Notes: generated from the letters alone by a model not told the origin. DNA of 64,000 nt from Clostridia bacterium (GCA_017398655.1 JAFQFI010000055.1:51-64050); one strand, 5' to 3'. Counted from the first letter of the stretch, positions 1-10,307 are shown. A program made the numbers and translations.

Positions 1-117
1 AAAATAAAAATTTTATTAAATAACTTAAATAATAAAAAAATATAAACTTATTTGTTTTATTTGTTTAAATTTAAAAAAATATGATATATTTAAAAAGTAA
101 TAAAAAGGAGGGGATTT

Positions 118-924
118 ATGTTAACAGGTATTATTATTGCTGTCGCTGTAGTTTGCTTTATTTTGTTAATTTCAATTCGTCAAGTATCTGAATATGAAAG
201 AGGCATAAGATTTAATTTTGGTAAATTTCAAAAGGTTTTAAATCCGGGCTGGCATATTGTTGTTCCTATTTTTCAAAGTTATCAAAAAATTGATGTTAGA
301 GTAAAAGTTGTTGATGTGCCAGAACAAGACGCAATTACAAAAGATAATGTAACTGTAAAAATTAATGCTGTTATTTATTTTAACATTTTTGATGCAAAAA
401 AAGCTATGCTTTCTGTAGAACATTGTAATTATGCAGTTACACAACTTGCTCAAACCACAATGAGAAATCTTGTAGGTAGCGTAACTTTAGACGAACTTCT
501 TACAGATAGAGAAAGAATTTCAAATGAAATTTGTACTATTGTAGATAAGGCAACAGACGAATGGGGTGTAAAAATTCAAAATGTAGAATTAAAAGATATT
601 GCACTTCCTACAGAAATGCAAAGGGTTATTGCAAAAGTTGCAGAAGCAGAAAGAGAAAAAGCTGCTGTTATTACTAAGGCAAGTGGTGAGTTAGAAGCTT
701 CTAAAAATCTTTCACTTGCTGCTCAACAACTTGCTGGTTCTCCGGGGGCACTTCATTTAAGAACATTATCAACAATTAATGATGTTTCTTCAGACCAATC
801 AAATACAATTATTTTTGCAATACCAATTGAAGTATTAAATGCTTTTGGAAATAACAATTCTTTAACTAATAATGTAGTAAACGCATTAACAAAAACAAAA
901 AAATCAACAAAAAAAAGTAAATAA
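118..924 (+). CDS. SPFH/band-7 (stomatin/prohibitin-like) membrane protein
   Basis: N-terminal TM helix followed by an SPFH-type core (VVDVPEQDAITKDNVTVKINAVIYF; ELKDIALPTEMQRVIAKVAEAEREK). GGAGG RBS upstream of the ATG. Confidence 0.8.
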   Translation: MLTGIIIAVAVVCFILLISIRQVSEYERGIRFNFGKFQKVLNPGWHIVVPIFQSYQKIDVRVKVVDVPEQDAITKDNVTVKINAVIYFNIFDAKKAMLSVEHCNYAVTQLAQTTMRNLVGSVTLDELLTDRERISNEICTIVDKATDEWGVKIQNVELKDIALPTEMQRVIAKVAEAEREKAAVITKASGELEASKNLSLAAQQLAGSPGALHLRTLSTINDVSSDQSNTIIFAIPIEVLNAFGNNNSLTNNVVNALTKTKKSTKKSK

Positions 925-936
925 AAAAACAAAAAG

Positions 937-966
937 CACACTTATTATTTAAAGTGTGTTTTTTTG
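937..966 (+). terminator. Rho-independent terminator after the SPFH gene
   Basis: Stem CACACTT/AAGTGTG followed by a T-run. Confidence 0.6.
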
Positions 967-1030
967 TTTAAAAATATATAAGTTTGTTAAATATTAACAT
1001 TTACAACAAATTTTAATAATGAAAAATTAA

Positions 1031-2197
1031 TTAATTTTTATGTTTTATTAAAAACCTTTTTTGTTGCCTTTTTATTATTAAAAATATAATTAAAGACATA
1101 GATAAAATAAAAACAAAAGCGAACACAACAATATTATTTAAATTGTTATTTGTAGAGTTTTTATTGTCATCTATATTTGATAGTATATTGTTAACAATAT
1201 TTTCTTTTTGTTCTTCTGTTGGAGTATCAGTAATTGTTAAATCATTGTTTTCTTCTACGACTGTAGAAAATAAAGTTTTATCAATTACATTAGCAAGGTA
1301 TGGTACAGAGTTTAAAACAAGTTCTTTTTCTGCAAGATATGTGCCCATTTCAAATAATAAACCTTTACTGGTTAGTGCTTGATTATAATGTCCTTTTGCA
1401 TAGTAAATATCTAAAAACAACCACGGACAATATTCTTCTGCAACAGTCATTAAATACATAGCAAATTGCAAATTTGCATCTTTATTAGGGTTGGATTGAC
1501 CTACAACAATTCTTACCTTACATCTTTCAACACCGTTAATATTTTTTACATAAACAGACCTTGCAACTCCATCTCGATGAATATCAAACAGGGCATCAAC
1601 CTTTTTATTAAGTAAACCTTGTGCTGTTGGCTTGCTTCTTGAATAAGCACCAGAGTCGTGTGGCAAATGTAAAGTTTCGTCTAAATATACGCTATAGTTT
1701 AAACTTTCAAAATTCTTTTTTAATTCTTTTGCAATGTCGTGGATGCCACCTTTGCCATAAATACTGGAAGTATTGTCTGTTGGAACATAACTTTCGTCGT
1801 TATGTGTCATATATAAACCAACGCTTTTTTCTTCTGTTTTATTAGAAAAATTTAACCCTTTACTTTTTTTATTTACCTTTGGGTTTTGGTATTTGCCATT
1901 ATAGTTTGCATAGGCAAAATAATTTTCGTGGTCTACAAAAATAACTTCATATTCCTTTAAATCTTTATTTATAATTTTATCTCCAACTTCAACTTTATTG
2001 CCTTCAAAAATTAAATTGTTGTTTGTATCGTACACGCAATAAATTTGTTTTGAATTATTGTCAGTATCGGCAAGACAATATGTTTTTATTGTTAAATCAA
2101 TAAATGAAATAAATATAAAATAAAAAATAAATATTAAAATTAAAGCAATTTTTATTAATCTTTTTTTATTAAAAAAAATACTATGTATCATACACAT
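1031..2197 (-). CDS. spoIIP: Stage II sporulation protein P (SpoIIP-like amidase/peptidase)
   Basis: N-terminal TM anchor. Core GLYMTHNDESY...GGIHDIAKEL...LHLPHDSGAYSRS...ALFDIHRDG is typical of the SpoIIP family. There is no obvious SD, so the start is uncertain. Confidence 0.75.
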   Translation of the reverse strand: MCMIHSIFFNKKRLIKIALILIFIFYFIFISFIDLTIKTYCLADTDNNSKQIYCVYDTNNNLIFEGNKVEVGDKIINKDLKEYEVIFVDHENYFAYANYNGKYQNPKVNKKSKGLNFSNKTEEKSVGLYMTHNDESYVPTDNTSSIYGKGGIHDIAKELKKNFESLNYSVYLDETLHLPHDSGAYSRSKPTAQGLLNKKVDALFDIHRDGVARSVYVKNINGVERCKVRIVVGQSNPNKDANLQFAMYLMTVAEEYCPWLFLDIYYAKGHYNQALTSKGLLFEMGTYLAEKELVLNSVPYLANVIDKTLFSTVVEENNDLTITDTPTEEQKENIVNNILSNIDDNKNSTNNNLNNIVVFAFVFILSMSLIIFLIIKRQQKRFLIKHKN

Positions 2198-2519
2198 AGT
2201 ATTTGTTGTTTTTGTTTTATTATTAAAATAATTTTTAAAAATTAATTGTTATTGTTTTTTTATTTAAAAAACTATATTTTTTAACTTGCGACCAACTGGT
2301 CGGCTAAAAATGTCGGTAAAATAGCGTTAAATACCAATCGGTCAGTTTTTTAAAAAGTGCTTGTTTTTGTTAAAAATTTAAACAAAAAAACAATTATATT
2401 AAAAATAAAAAAATTAAATTAATTAATTTTTATTAAAAAAAATAAATAAATTATTAAAATTAATTAATTTTTTTTATTATAAAAATTATTAAAAAATCTT
2501 ATTTATAAAATAATTTTAT

Positions 2520-2867
2520 TTAATTATTTTCGTAATTAATATTTGTAACAATAATATCTACATTTGTATTAAAAATATTTTTAATTAAAATATCGCCAAT
2601 ATTAATTTTTTTAGGTTCTTCAACTTTATCAATTTCTTTTAAAACATTATTAATTAAAGTTTTATCAATGGCCTCACTTGTTTTTAAAGATATTGTTGCA
2701 CCCTTATATTTTTTTATTGTTGTTATCATTCTTTTAGGTAAAGTTATTTCGTTTTTACCATAAATTTCTCCACGAGGACAACCATTACCTTTTACAATTA
2801 TATTTTCTCCTTGTTTAGTTACATTTAATGTGCACCCCACAGGACACATTATACAAGTAAATTCCAT
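2520..2867 (-). CDS. DUF1667-type small Cys-rich protein (third component of the clostridial G3P dehydrogenase-like set)
   Basis: N-terminus MEFTCIMCPVGCTLNV...GNGCPRG. It is the last gene of a co-oriented trio with two flavoproteins. AAGGAA RBS. Confidence 0.75.
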   Translation of the reverse strand: MEFTCIMCPVGCTLNVTKQGENIIVKGNGCPRGEIYGKNEITLPKRMITTIKKYKGATISLKTSEAIDKTLINNVLKEIDKVEEPKKINIGDILIKNIFNTNVDIIVTNINYENN

Positions 2868-2964
2868 TTTTTAATTTCCTTTTATTTTAATTTCTATTAT
2901 AAAACGACTTGGTTTAAATTTATTAAAAAATAAAAAAATCTTAAAGTTAAAATTTAAAAAAAAG

Positions 2965-4209
2965 TTATTTTGTTTCTATTAAAATTTCAATATCTTCTTC
3001 AATATTTTTTTTTGCAATTATAACTGTTTCCATTTCAGCAGGAAGTAAAATGCGTTTTTCAATTCTTCTAATTTCTTTACTATTTGTTTTAACAACAATT
3101 GTAGCGTTTTCAAAAATATTTGAAACTCTAAAATTAACTGTTAAAATTCCATCACCCTTATAAAACTTTTGTGGGGATGTATATCTTACTCCAAAACCAT
3201 TTTTTATAAAAAACGGACAACTTGTATTTAATGAAGACATAATATATTTACAAGCATTTTCTCCAGCGCGTTCTGCTTCTTTTGTTACATTGTCTACAAT
3301 GTCGTGAACATGTAAAACATTTCCACAAGAAAAAACACCTTTTAAATTTGTTTGTAAATGTTCGTCAACGAGTGCGCCGTTGGTAATTGGGTTTTGGTTT
3401 ACACCTGCCGATTCTGCCAAATCATTTTCTGGTACCAAACCAATACTTAAAACAACGCTATCGCAAGGGATAAATTCTTTTTTTGTTAAATCAAAACTAA
3501 AGTCATTTTTTACGGGTGCAACAATTACACCTTCAACTCTGTCTTTGCCAACAACTTCTACAACGGTTTTGCTAAGATGCAATGGAATATTATAATCTGT
3601 TAAACATTGTGCAATATTTCTTTTTAAACCAGATGGGTGGGGAAGAATTTCATAAACCCCCAAAACTTTTGCTCCTTCATAATGAAGTCGTCTTGCCATA
3701 ATAAGACCGATATCCCCACTACCAACAATAACAACATTTTTACCAATCATTTTGCCATAAATGTTTATCATTTTTTGTGCACTACCTGCAGAAATAACAC
3801 CGGCTGGGCGTGTACCACAAAGAGAAATTGAAGCAGGTGGTCTTTCTCTGCAACCCATACTTAATATAATTGATTTTGCTTTTATTTGTTGAAGACCGTC
3901 TTTATTTAAAATATTTAAAACATATTCGTTTTCAAAACTTAGTACGGTTGTGTTTAATAATACTGTTATGTTGCTTTCTTCAACTTTTTTTATAAATCTT
4001 CCAGCATATTCAGGGCCAGTTAACTCTTCTTTAAAATAGCTTAAGCCAAAACCATTGTGTATACATTGGTTTAATATTCCACCTAAGCGATTTTCTCTTT
4101 CTATTAAAACAACTTTTGCGCCACCTTCACTTGCTTTTAAAGCTGCAGCCATACCAGCACTTCCACCGCCAATAACGGCAATATCAAAATTTAAATTATT
4201 TGTTTTCAT
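2965..4209 (-). CDS. NAD(P)/FAD-dependent (pyridine nucleotide-disulfide type) oxidoreductase
   Basis: Two Rossmann motifs (DIAVIGGGSAGMAAA and VVIVGSGDIGLIMA). I moved the start to the ATG at 4209 (MKTNNLNFD), which has an AGGAAGGTGGA RBS. It overlaps the upstream stop by 14 nt. Confidence 0.75.
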   Translation of the reverse strand: MKTNNLNFDIAVIGGGSAGMAAALKASEGGAKVVLIERENRLGGILNQCIHNGFGLSYFKEELTGPEYAGRFIKKVEESNITVLLNTTVLSFENEYVLNILNKDGLQQIKAKSIILSMGCRERPPASISLCGTRPAGVISAGSAQKMINIYGKMIGKNVVIVGSGDIGLIMARRLHYEGAKVLGVYEILPHPSGLKRNIAQCLTDYNIPLHLSKTVVEVVGKDRVEGVIVAPVKNDFSFDLTKKEFIPCDSVVLSIGLVPENDLAESAGVNQNPITNGALVDEHLQTNLKGVFSCGNVLHVHDIVDNVTKEAERAGENACKYIMSSLNTSCPFFIKNGFGVRYTSPQKFYKGDGILTVNFRVSNIFENATIVVKTNSKEIRRIEKRILLPAEMETVIIAKKNIEEDIEILIETK

Positions 4210-5638
4210 AAAGTCCACCTTCCTTAATATCGTTAACAATTAAAGATGATTTACCTTTAAAGTTTATTTCTTTTTCGTGTTTATTATAAAAGTTAGAAAC
4301 TAATTTTAATAATTTTGGATAGCAAAAAGAACCCTGACATCTGCCCATAGTAGTACGCAATCTTCTTTTAATACCGTCAGTTGTTAAGTTTTTAATTGGA
4401 CCATTTAAAACTTCTAATATTTCACCTTTTGTTATAACTTCACATCTACAAATAACTTCGCCATAATTAGCATCTTTTTTTACAAGAGTGTTTAATTCTG
4501 AGTTGCTTAAACTAAGAATGTTTGTATAAGGTTTTCTTTTTTTAGGGTTTATTTTTTTTGTAATTAATCCTTTTTTGATAAGTTGTTCTAACACATATTT
4601 TGCAATTGCTGGGGCAGCCGATAAACCGGGAGAACAAATGCCAGATATAACTAAATAATTTGGTTTATTTTTACTAAATTCAATGTAAAAATCATCATTT
4701 GTTTTTACTCTAACGCCAGCATAAAGTTTGATAACTTTTTTAAAGTTTATGTTATTAACATTTTCCACAACTTGCGCTTTAATTGTAGATAAACTTTCGT
4801 AATTTACTGAGGTTTCATATTGGTTTATATCAACTGCAGTAGGTCCTAAAAATATGTTTTTGTGAACTGTTGGACAAACTAAAATGCCTTTGCCTTTTTC
4901 GGTTGGAAGAGGAAATATTGGACGAGATACAAGATTTCCTTCGCTGTTATCAAGAAGCATATATTCGCCTTTGGTAAAACGAATATCAATAGGACTTTCG
5001 TTTAATAAATCGTTAATAAAATTAACACCTTCTGCACAGGCATTAATAAGATATTTTGCTTTAATTTTTTCTTGCCCATTATCTAAAATAAATATGTTGT
5101 TAACATACTCAATTTTTATTGTGTTATAGTTTAATTTTAATACGCCACCATTAATTAATGCTTCTTCTACCAAACTAATACAAAAGTGGTATGGAGATAT
5201 TATTTTTGCATCTTTAGCATAAAGCCCAAAATGAATATTATCGCTTAAATTTGGCTCTAATTTATGAACTTGTTGTTTGTTTAATATTTCAAGGTTTTTA
5301 ACACCATTTTTTATACCACGATTTAGTAAAATTGTTAGTTTTTCTAAGCTGTTTTCATCTCCTACAACCAAAGATCCACAATTAACTATTTTTTCACCTA
5401 AACGAGTGGCTATTTCTTCATACATTCTGTTGCCTTCAACATTAAATTTTGCTTTTAATGTGTTTTCAGCACAATCATATCCAGCGTGAATTATTCCACT
5501 ATTTGCTTTTGTTGCACCAATGGCAACATCTTCGCCTTTTTCTATTAAAACACAATCTACGCCATTAAGGGTTAGGGTGTTAAAGATAAAAGAACCTATT
5601 ATTCCAGAGCCAATAATTGCTACTTCTTTTTCAAGCAT
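4196..5638 (-). CDS. FAD-dependent glycerol-3-phosphate dehydrogenase/oxidase-like protein with a C-terminal BFD-like [2Fe-2S] domain
   Basis: GxGxxG (AIIGSGIIGS). C-terminal CRCEVITKGEI...MGRCQGSFC cysteine pattern. GAGGGAG RBS. Divergent from glpK. Confidence 0.8.
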   Translation of the reverse strand: MLEKEVAIIGSGIIGSFIFNTLTLNGVDCVLIEKGEDVAIGATKANSGIIHAGYDCAENTLKAKFNVEGNRMYEEIATRLGEKIVNCGSLVVGDENSLEKLTILLNRGIKNGVKNLEILNKQQVHKLEPNLSDNIHFGLYAKDAKIISPYHFCISLVEEALINGGVLKLNYNTIKIEYVNNIFILDNGQEKIKAKYLINACAEGVNFINDLLNESPIDIRFTKGEYMLLDNSEGNLVSRPIFPLPTEKGKGILVCPTVHKNIFLGPTAVDINQYETSVNYESLSTIKAQVVENVNNINFKKVIKLYAGVRVKTNDDFYIEFSKNKPNYLVISGICSPGLSAAPAIAKYVLEQLIKKGLITKKINPKKRKPYTNILSLSNSELNTLVKKDANYGEVICRCEVITKGEILEVLNGPIKNLTTDGIKRRLRTTMGRCQGSFCYPKLLKLVSNFYNKHEKEINFKGKSSLIVNDIKEGGLYENK

Positions 5639-5901
5639 ATTTTTTACTCCCTCTTTACTATATTTTTAGAATAATGTTTAAATTTTTTATTGTCAAATTT
5701 TTAAAACCATTAGAAAATAAACCTTGCATAAAATCCTTTAATTTTTACACTTTAAAATAAAGAAATAATTATTATAACTAAACATATTAACTACATTATA
5801 TAATTTTATTTTGAATTTTTTTTTAATAATGTTAAACTTAAAATGTAGAAGTGAAAAATTTTTGTTTTGTTAACACTTTTTTTAAAAAGAGAGGTTAAAA
5901 A

Positions 5902-7374
5902 ATGAAGTATATTTTAACGATTGATGCAGGAACAACTTCTGTAAGAGCAATTTTATATGATGTTAAAAAAAATCAATTTGTAAAAATAGAAAAACAACCT
6001 TTTACTCAAATATTTCCAAAACCAGCTTGGGTTGAACATAACGCAGAAGAAATTTGGGAGAAAGTAAAAGATTGTATTTTAACTGTATGTAAAAACATAA
6101 ATCCAAAAGATATTTATGGGCTTGGTATTACAAACCAAAGAGAAACAGTTGTTGCTTGGGATAGTAAAACATTAAAGCCATTATCAAATGCAATAGTGTG
6201 GCAATGCAGAAGAACTTCTAAGTTTTGTGAAAAACTTAAAAAAAGTAAAATAGGAAAACTTATACATAATAAAACTGGTTTGATTCCTGATGCTTATTTT
6301 TCGGCAACAAAAATTAAATGGTTATTAGATAACGATAAAAATGTAAAAGAAGCATTAAAAAACAAAACCTTGAAAGTTGGAACAATTGAAAGTTTTTTAG
6401 TTTATAAGTTATCTCATGGTAAGAGTTTTGTTACCGATATTACAAACGCAAGTAGAACAATGCTTTTTAACATTAAAACACTTTGTTGGGACGAAGATTT
6501 ATTAAAGTTTTTTAATATTCCAAAAGAAATTTTACCAGAAGTGGTTGACAATGATACTGTTGTTGGTTTTACCAATATTTTGGGGCAAGAAGTAAAAATT
6601 GCCGGATTGATTGGCGATCAACAAAGTTCACTTTTTGGTCAGGGTTGTTTTGAAGAGGGCATGGCAAAAAATACATATGGTACGGGTTGCTTTATGCTTG
6701 TTAACACTTCAAATAAACCAATAAAAAGTAAACATGGATTGCTTACAACAATTGGATATAAACAAAAAGGTAAGTTGACTTATGCTTTAGAAGGTAGTGT
6801 TTTTAACGCTGGTAGTGTAGTAAACTGGGCAATCGATAATTTAGGAATTGCATCAACCTACGAAGAAATTACAAATCTTGCTTATCAAGTTGATAGCAGT
6901 GATGGCGTATATTTAGTACCTGCCTTTACGGGGTTGGGTACTCCTTATTGGGATATGAATGCAAGGGCAATAATAGTGGGGCTTACAAGGGCAAGTGATA
7001 AAAGGCATATATCCAGAGCTGTGTTAGAAAGTATGGCTTTTAGTTCTTATGATGTATTAAAAACAATGCAAAGAGATACAAAATTAAAAATAAAAGAATT
7101 GCATGTTGATGGTGGCGCAAGTGAAAATGAAAAGCTTATGCAATTTCAATGTGATTTATTGCAAACAAATTTAAAAAAGTATAATCAAGAAAGTACTTGT
7201 TTGGGTGTCATATTTATGACGGGCTTAGCAACAGGAGTATTTAAAGATATTAATGAAATTAAAGGACTTTTAAAATCTATTAAAGATTATAAACCACAAA
7301 AGGAAGAAAAAGAAATTCAATTTAATTTAAAATATTGGCACGGTGCAGTAAAAAAGTGCTTAAGAAAAATATAA
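5902..7374 (+). CDS. glpK: Glycerol kinase
   Basis: Full-length FGGY kinase with typical GlpK blocks (ILTIDAGTTSVRA, GITNQRETVVAWD, IVWQCRRT, GDQQSSLFGQ, HVDGGAS). Confidence 0.95.
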   Translation: MKYILTIDAGTTSVRAILYDVKKNQFVKIEKQPFTQIFPKPAWVEHNAEEIWEKVKDCILTVCKNINPKDIYGLGITNQRETVVAWDSKTLKPLSNAIVWQCRRTSKFCEKLKKSKIGKLIHNKTGLIPDAYFSATKIKWLLDNDKNVKEALKNKTLKVGTIESFLVYKLSHGKSFVTDITNASRTMLFNIKTLCWDEDLLKFFNIPKEILPEVVDNDTVVGFTNILGQEVKIAGLIGDQQSSLFGQGCFEEGMAKNTYGTGCFMLVNTSNKPIKSKHGLLTTIGYKQKGKLTYALEGSVFNAGSVVNWAIDNLGIASTYEEITNLAYQVDSSDGVYLVPAFTGLGTPYWDMNARAIIVGLTRASDKRHISRAVLESMAFSSYDVLKTMQRDTKLKIKELHVDGGASENEKLMQFQCDLLQTNLKKYNQESTCLGVIFMTGLATGVFKDINEIKGLLKSIKDYKPQKEEKEIQFNLKYWHGAVKKCLRKI

Positions 7375-7407
7375 AATTTTTATCTTTAATTTTTAGGGGG
7401 TATAAAA

Positions 7408-8331
7408 ATGAAGGAAGGATTTATTAAAAGTTTTGATGGCTATGAAGTGTACAGGTATTTATGGGACGATGTTGAAAATCCAATAGGTATTGTACAAATT
7501 TTTCATGGAATGGCAGAACATGCAAAAAGGTATGAAGATTTTGCAAAATTTTTAAACAAACATGGATATATTGTTTTTGCAGATGATCATAGAGCACATG
7601 GCAAAACTGCTAAAGGTGAAGAAAATTTAGGAAAGTATAAAGATGGTGGTCCTGATGTTGCATGGGATACTATAATGGACGAGATTTATTTTTCAAGAAA
7701 ATTAATAGAAAAAAACAAACTTCCTTTATATATTTTGGGGCATAGTTATGGTTCTTTTATTTGTCAGGCATATATTCAAAAATGTAATTTATATTCAAAA
7801 GCAATTATGTGTGGTAGCGCATGTATGAAAAACAGAATAGATGTTAAGCTTGGCAAAATGATTGCAAAATCTCTTTCTAAACGCAAAGGACATGATTATC
7901 CAGCTGAGGTAATAAGAAAATTAACTTTTGGAAATTATGAAAAAAAATTTAAAGATGGCAGTTGGTTAAATACAGATGTAAATAAAACAGTAGAATATAA
8001 AAATGACCCATTGTGTGGCAAAACTATGTCTGCCGAATTTTACTCTGATTTCTTTTCTTTGTTTGATTGGCTTTATAAACCAGATTTACTTAACAAAATA
8101 GATAAAACCAAACCTATATATTTAATTTCTGGTAAACAAGATCCTGTTGGTAATATGGGTAAAAGCGTAAAAAAATTGTTTAAAATGTACGCAAATCTTG
8201 AAATAGAAGGAATACAAATGAATTTGTATGATAACGCAAGGCATGAGATTTTAAACGAAAAGATAAAAGATAAGGTTTATAAAGATATTTTAAAATTTTT
8301 AAAAAAAGGCGATAAAAAGTGCAAGCAATAA
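7408..8331 (+). CDS. Alpha/beta hydrolase (lysophospholipase / monoacylglycerol lipase-like)
   Basis: Nucleophile elbow GHSYGS. Oxyanion-region FHGMAEH. C-terminal NARHEI His motif. Immediately downstream of glpK. Confidence 0.75.
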   Translation: MKEGFIKSFDGYEVYRYLWDDVENPIGIVQIFHGMAEHAKRYEDFAKFLNKHGYIVFADDHRAHGKTAKGEENLGKYKDGGPDVAWDTIMDEIYFSRKLIEKNKLPLYILGHSYGSFICQAYIQKCNLYSKAIMCGSACMKNRIDVKLGKMIAKSLSKRKGHDYPAEVIRKLTFGNYEKKFKDGSWLNTDVNKTVEYKNDPLCGKTMSAEFYSDFFSLFDWLYKPDLLNKIDKTKPIYLISGKQDPVGNMGKSVKKLFKMYANLEIEGIQMNLYDNARHEILNEKIKDKVYKDILKFLKKGDKKCKQ

Positions 8332-9218
8332 AAGTTGATGGACTGACAATTGATAACATAGATAAAAACTTATATTTAAATAAGCAAATTGTTAAGGCAT
8401 TTATTAAAAAAAATATAGAAAACTTAACCGATTATACCCCCGGTGAAGAAAATTTACTTATTAGTTTGGCAACGGGTTTAACATATACCCAATTAATTTT
8501 ATTTAAGGCATTTGATAAAAGTTTATTAAAAAGAATTAAAAAGTTTTTAAAACTTCGTCTTGAACATATGCCACTTAATAAAATTGCAAAAAAAGTTAAT
8601 TTTTATTTAGATGAGTTTTATATAAATAATTTTGTTTTAGCACCAAGAAAAGAAACAGAATTATTGGTAGAAAAAGTTTTAAAAGTTATAGAAAAAACAA
8701 ATAAAAAAAGTTTAAACATTTTAGACCTTTGTTGTGGCAGTGGAGCTATAGGGCTTACGCTTGCAAAATATGCAAAAGTTTCTTGCAAAGTAACATTGGC
8801 AGATATAAGTTTAAAAGCATTAAAAGTTACAAAGAAAAATCAAGAGCAATTAGAGGTTGAAGATAACACAATTTTATTAAAAAGCAATATGTTTAGGGAC
8901 TTGAAAAAAGAAGACAAGTTTGATATAATCGTGTCGAATCCACCATACATAAAAACAGGAGATTTGGTTAACTTAGATTTAAGTGTAAAAAAGTATGACC
9001 CAGTGCTTGCATTAAATGGTGGCTCAGATGGCTTAAAGTTTTATAAAGCAATTGCTAAAAATGCAAAAGATTATTTAACTAACGACGGTTTTGTTTTTTT
9101 GGAAATTGGATATGACCAAGCCGAAGATGTAAAAAAATTATTTGAAAAAAACTTTAAAGTAGAAGTTTTTAAAGATTATTCAAACAACGATAGAATGGTT
9201 GTTGCACAAATAAAATAA
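8319..9218 (+). CDS. prmC: Release factor glutamine N5-methyltransferase
   Basis: SAM motif DLCCGSGAIG and catalytic NPPY (VSNPPYI). GTG start overlapping the upstream gene; the start is uncertain. Confidence 0.85.
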   Translation: MQAIKVDGLTIDNIDKNLYLNKQIVKAFIKKNIENLTDYTPGEENLLISLATGLTYTQLILFKAFDKSLLKRIKKFLKLRLEHMPLNKIAKKVNFYLDEFYINNFVLAPRKETELLVEKVLKVIEKTNKKSLNILDLCCGSGAIGLTLAKYAKVSCKVTLADISLKALKVTKKNQEQLEVEDNTILLKSNMFRDLKKEDKFDIIVSNPPYIKTGDLVNLDLSVKKYDPVLALNGGSDGLKFYKAIAKNAKDYLTNDGFVFLEIGYDQAEDVKKLFEKNFKVEVFKDYSNNDRMVVAQIK

Positions 9219-9236
9219 AAAGAAGAAAGGGCAAAT

Positions 9237-10307
9237 ATGATAGAAAAACTTGAAACAATTATGGAAAAATATAGGGAGTTGACAGCAAAAGTTGTAGACC
9301 CAGAAGTTATTGCTGATAATAGATTGTGGCAAAAACTTGTTAAGGAACATAGTGATTTAACTCCAATTGCAGAAGGATATGAAAAACTTAAAAAATGTTT
9401 ATCTGATTTAAGTTCGGCAGAAGAAATGTTAAAAACAGAAAAAGACCCAGAGTTGATTGCTCTTTCTGAAGAAGAAATAAAAGATTGTAAAAAAAATAAA
9501 GAAATTTTAGAAGAAGAATTAAAAGTTTTATTACTTCCTAAAGACGAAAATGATGATAAAAATGTTATTATGGAAATTCGTGCAGGTGTAGGTGGTGATG
9601 AGGCAGCATTATTTGCTTCGGAACTTATGAGAATGTACATGATGTACGCAGAAAAAAATCGTTTTAAAACAGAAGTTTTAAACTTAAATGATATAGAACT
9701 TGGTGGACTTAAAGAAGTTGTATTTCAAATTACAGGTCATGGTGCTTATAGTAAGTTAAAATTTGAAAGTGGTGTTCATAGGGTTCAAAGAGTTCCGGAA
9801 ACGGAAAGCCAAGGAAGGGTACATACTTCAACAGTTACAGTTGCTGTTTTACCAGAACTTGAAGAGGTTGAATTTGATATTTTAGATAAAGATTTAAGAA
9901 TTGATACTTATCGTAGTAGTGGTGCTGGTGGACAGCATGTTAATAAAACCGATTCTGCTATTAGAATGACTCACTTGCCAACAGGTATTGTTGTTACTTG
10001 TCAAGACGAGCGTAGCCAATTAAAAAATAGAGAAAAGGCAATGATGATTTTAAAAGCAAAACTTTATGATTATTATCAAGGTCAAAAAAATAAAGAATAT
10101 GCAGACAGTCGTAAATCTCAAGTAGGCACAGGAGATAGAAGTGAAAGAATAAGAACTTATAACTTTCCACAAGGCAGAATAACAGACCATCGTATTGGTT
10201 TTACTGCCTATAACTTGCTTGATTTTATGAATGGCGATATTGATGAGTTGGTATCTGAACTTCAAATTAATGACCAAAAACAAAGGTTAGAAAATTTAGA
10301 AAACTAA
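9237..10307 (+). CDS. prfA: Peptide chain release factor 1
   Basis: GGQ motif (SGAGGQHVNKTDSA) and the RF1-type PET tripeptide (RVPETESQGR). Confidence 0.95.
   Translation: MIEKLETIMEKYRELTAKVVDPEVIADNRLWQKLVKEHSDLTPIAEGYEKLKKCLSDLSSAEEMLKTEKDPELIALSEEEIKDCKKNKEILEEELKVLLLPKDENDDKNVIMEIRAGVGGDEAALFASELMRMYMMYAEKNRFKTEVLNLNDIELGGLKEVVFQITGHGAYSKLKFESGVHRVQRVPETESQGRVHTSTVTVAVLPELEEVEFDILDKDLRIDTYRSSGAGGQHVNKTDSAIRMTHLPTGIVVTCQDERSQLKNREKAMMILKAKLYDYYQGQKNKEYADSRKSQVGTGDRSERIRTYNFPQGRITDHRIGFTAYNLLDFMNGDIDELVSELQINDQKQRLENLEN

Noticed and set aside
5780-5901. A GlpP-type antitermination leader upstream of glpK.
   Set aside because: Only a weak 5-bp AAGTG/CACTT pairing with a T-run is present. 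No glpP gene is in the window, and I cannot identify a conserved inverted repeat. The evidence is too weak to annotate.
9176-9640. Long antisense or alternative-frame ORFs in the supplied track (for example 9176-9640, 11329-11817, 11499-11735, 14620-15121, 40738-41058, 41388-41690, 45501-45854, 46754-47170).
   Set aside because: Each lies entirely within, and opposite or out of frame to, a gene with clear homology motifs or RBS support. Their products are low-complexity or F/L/S/I-rich shadow translations of AT-rich or K/E-rich coding sequence. None has an SD.
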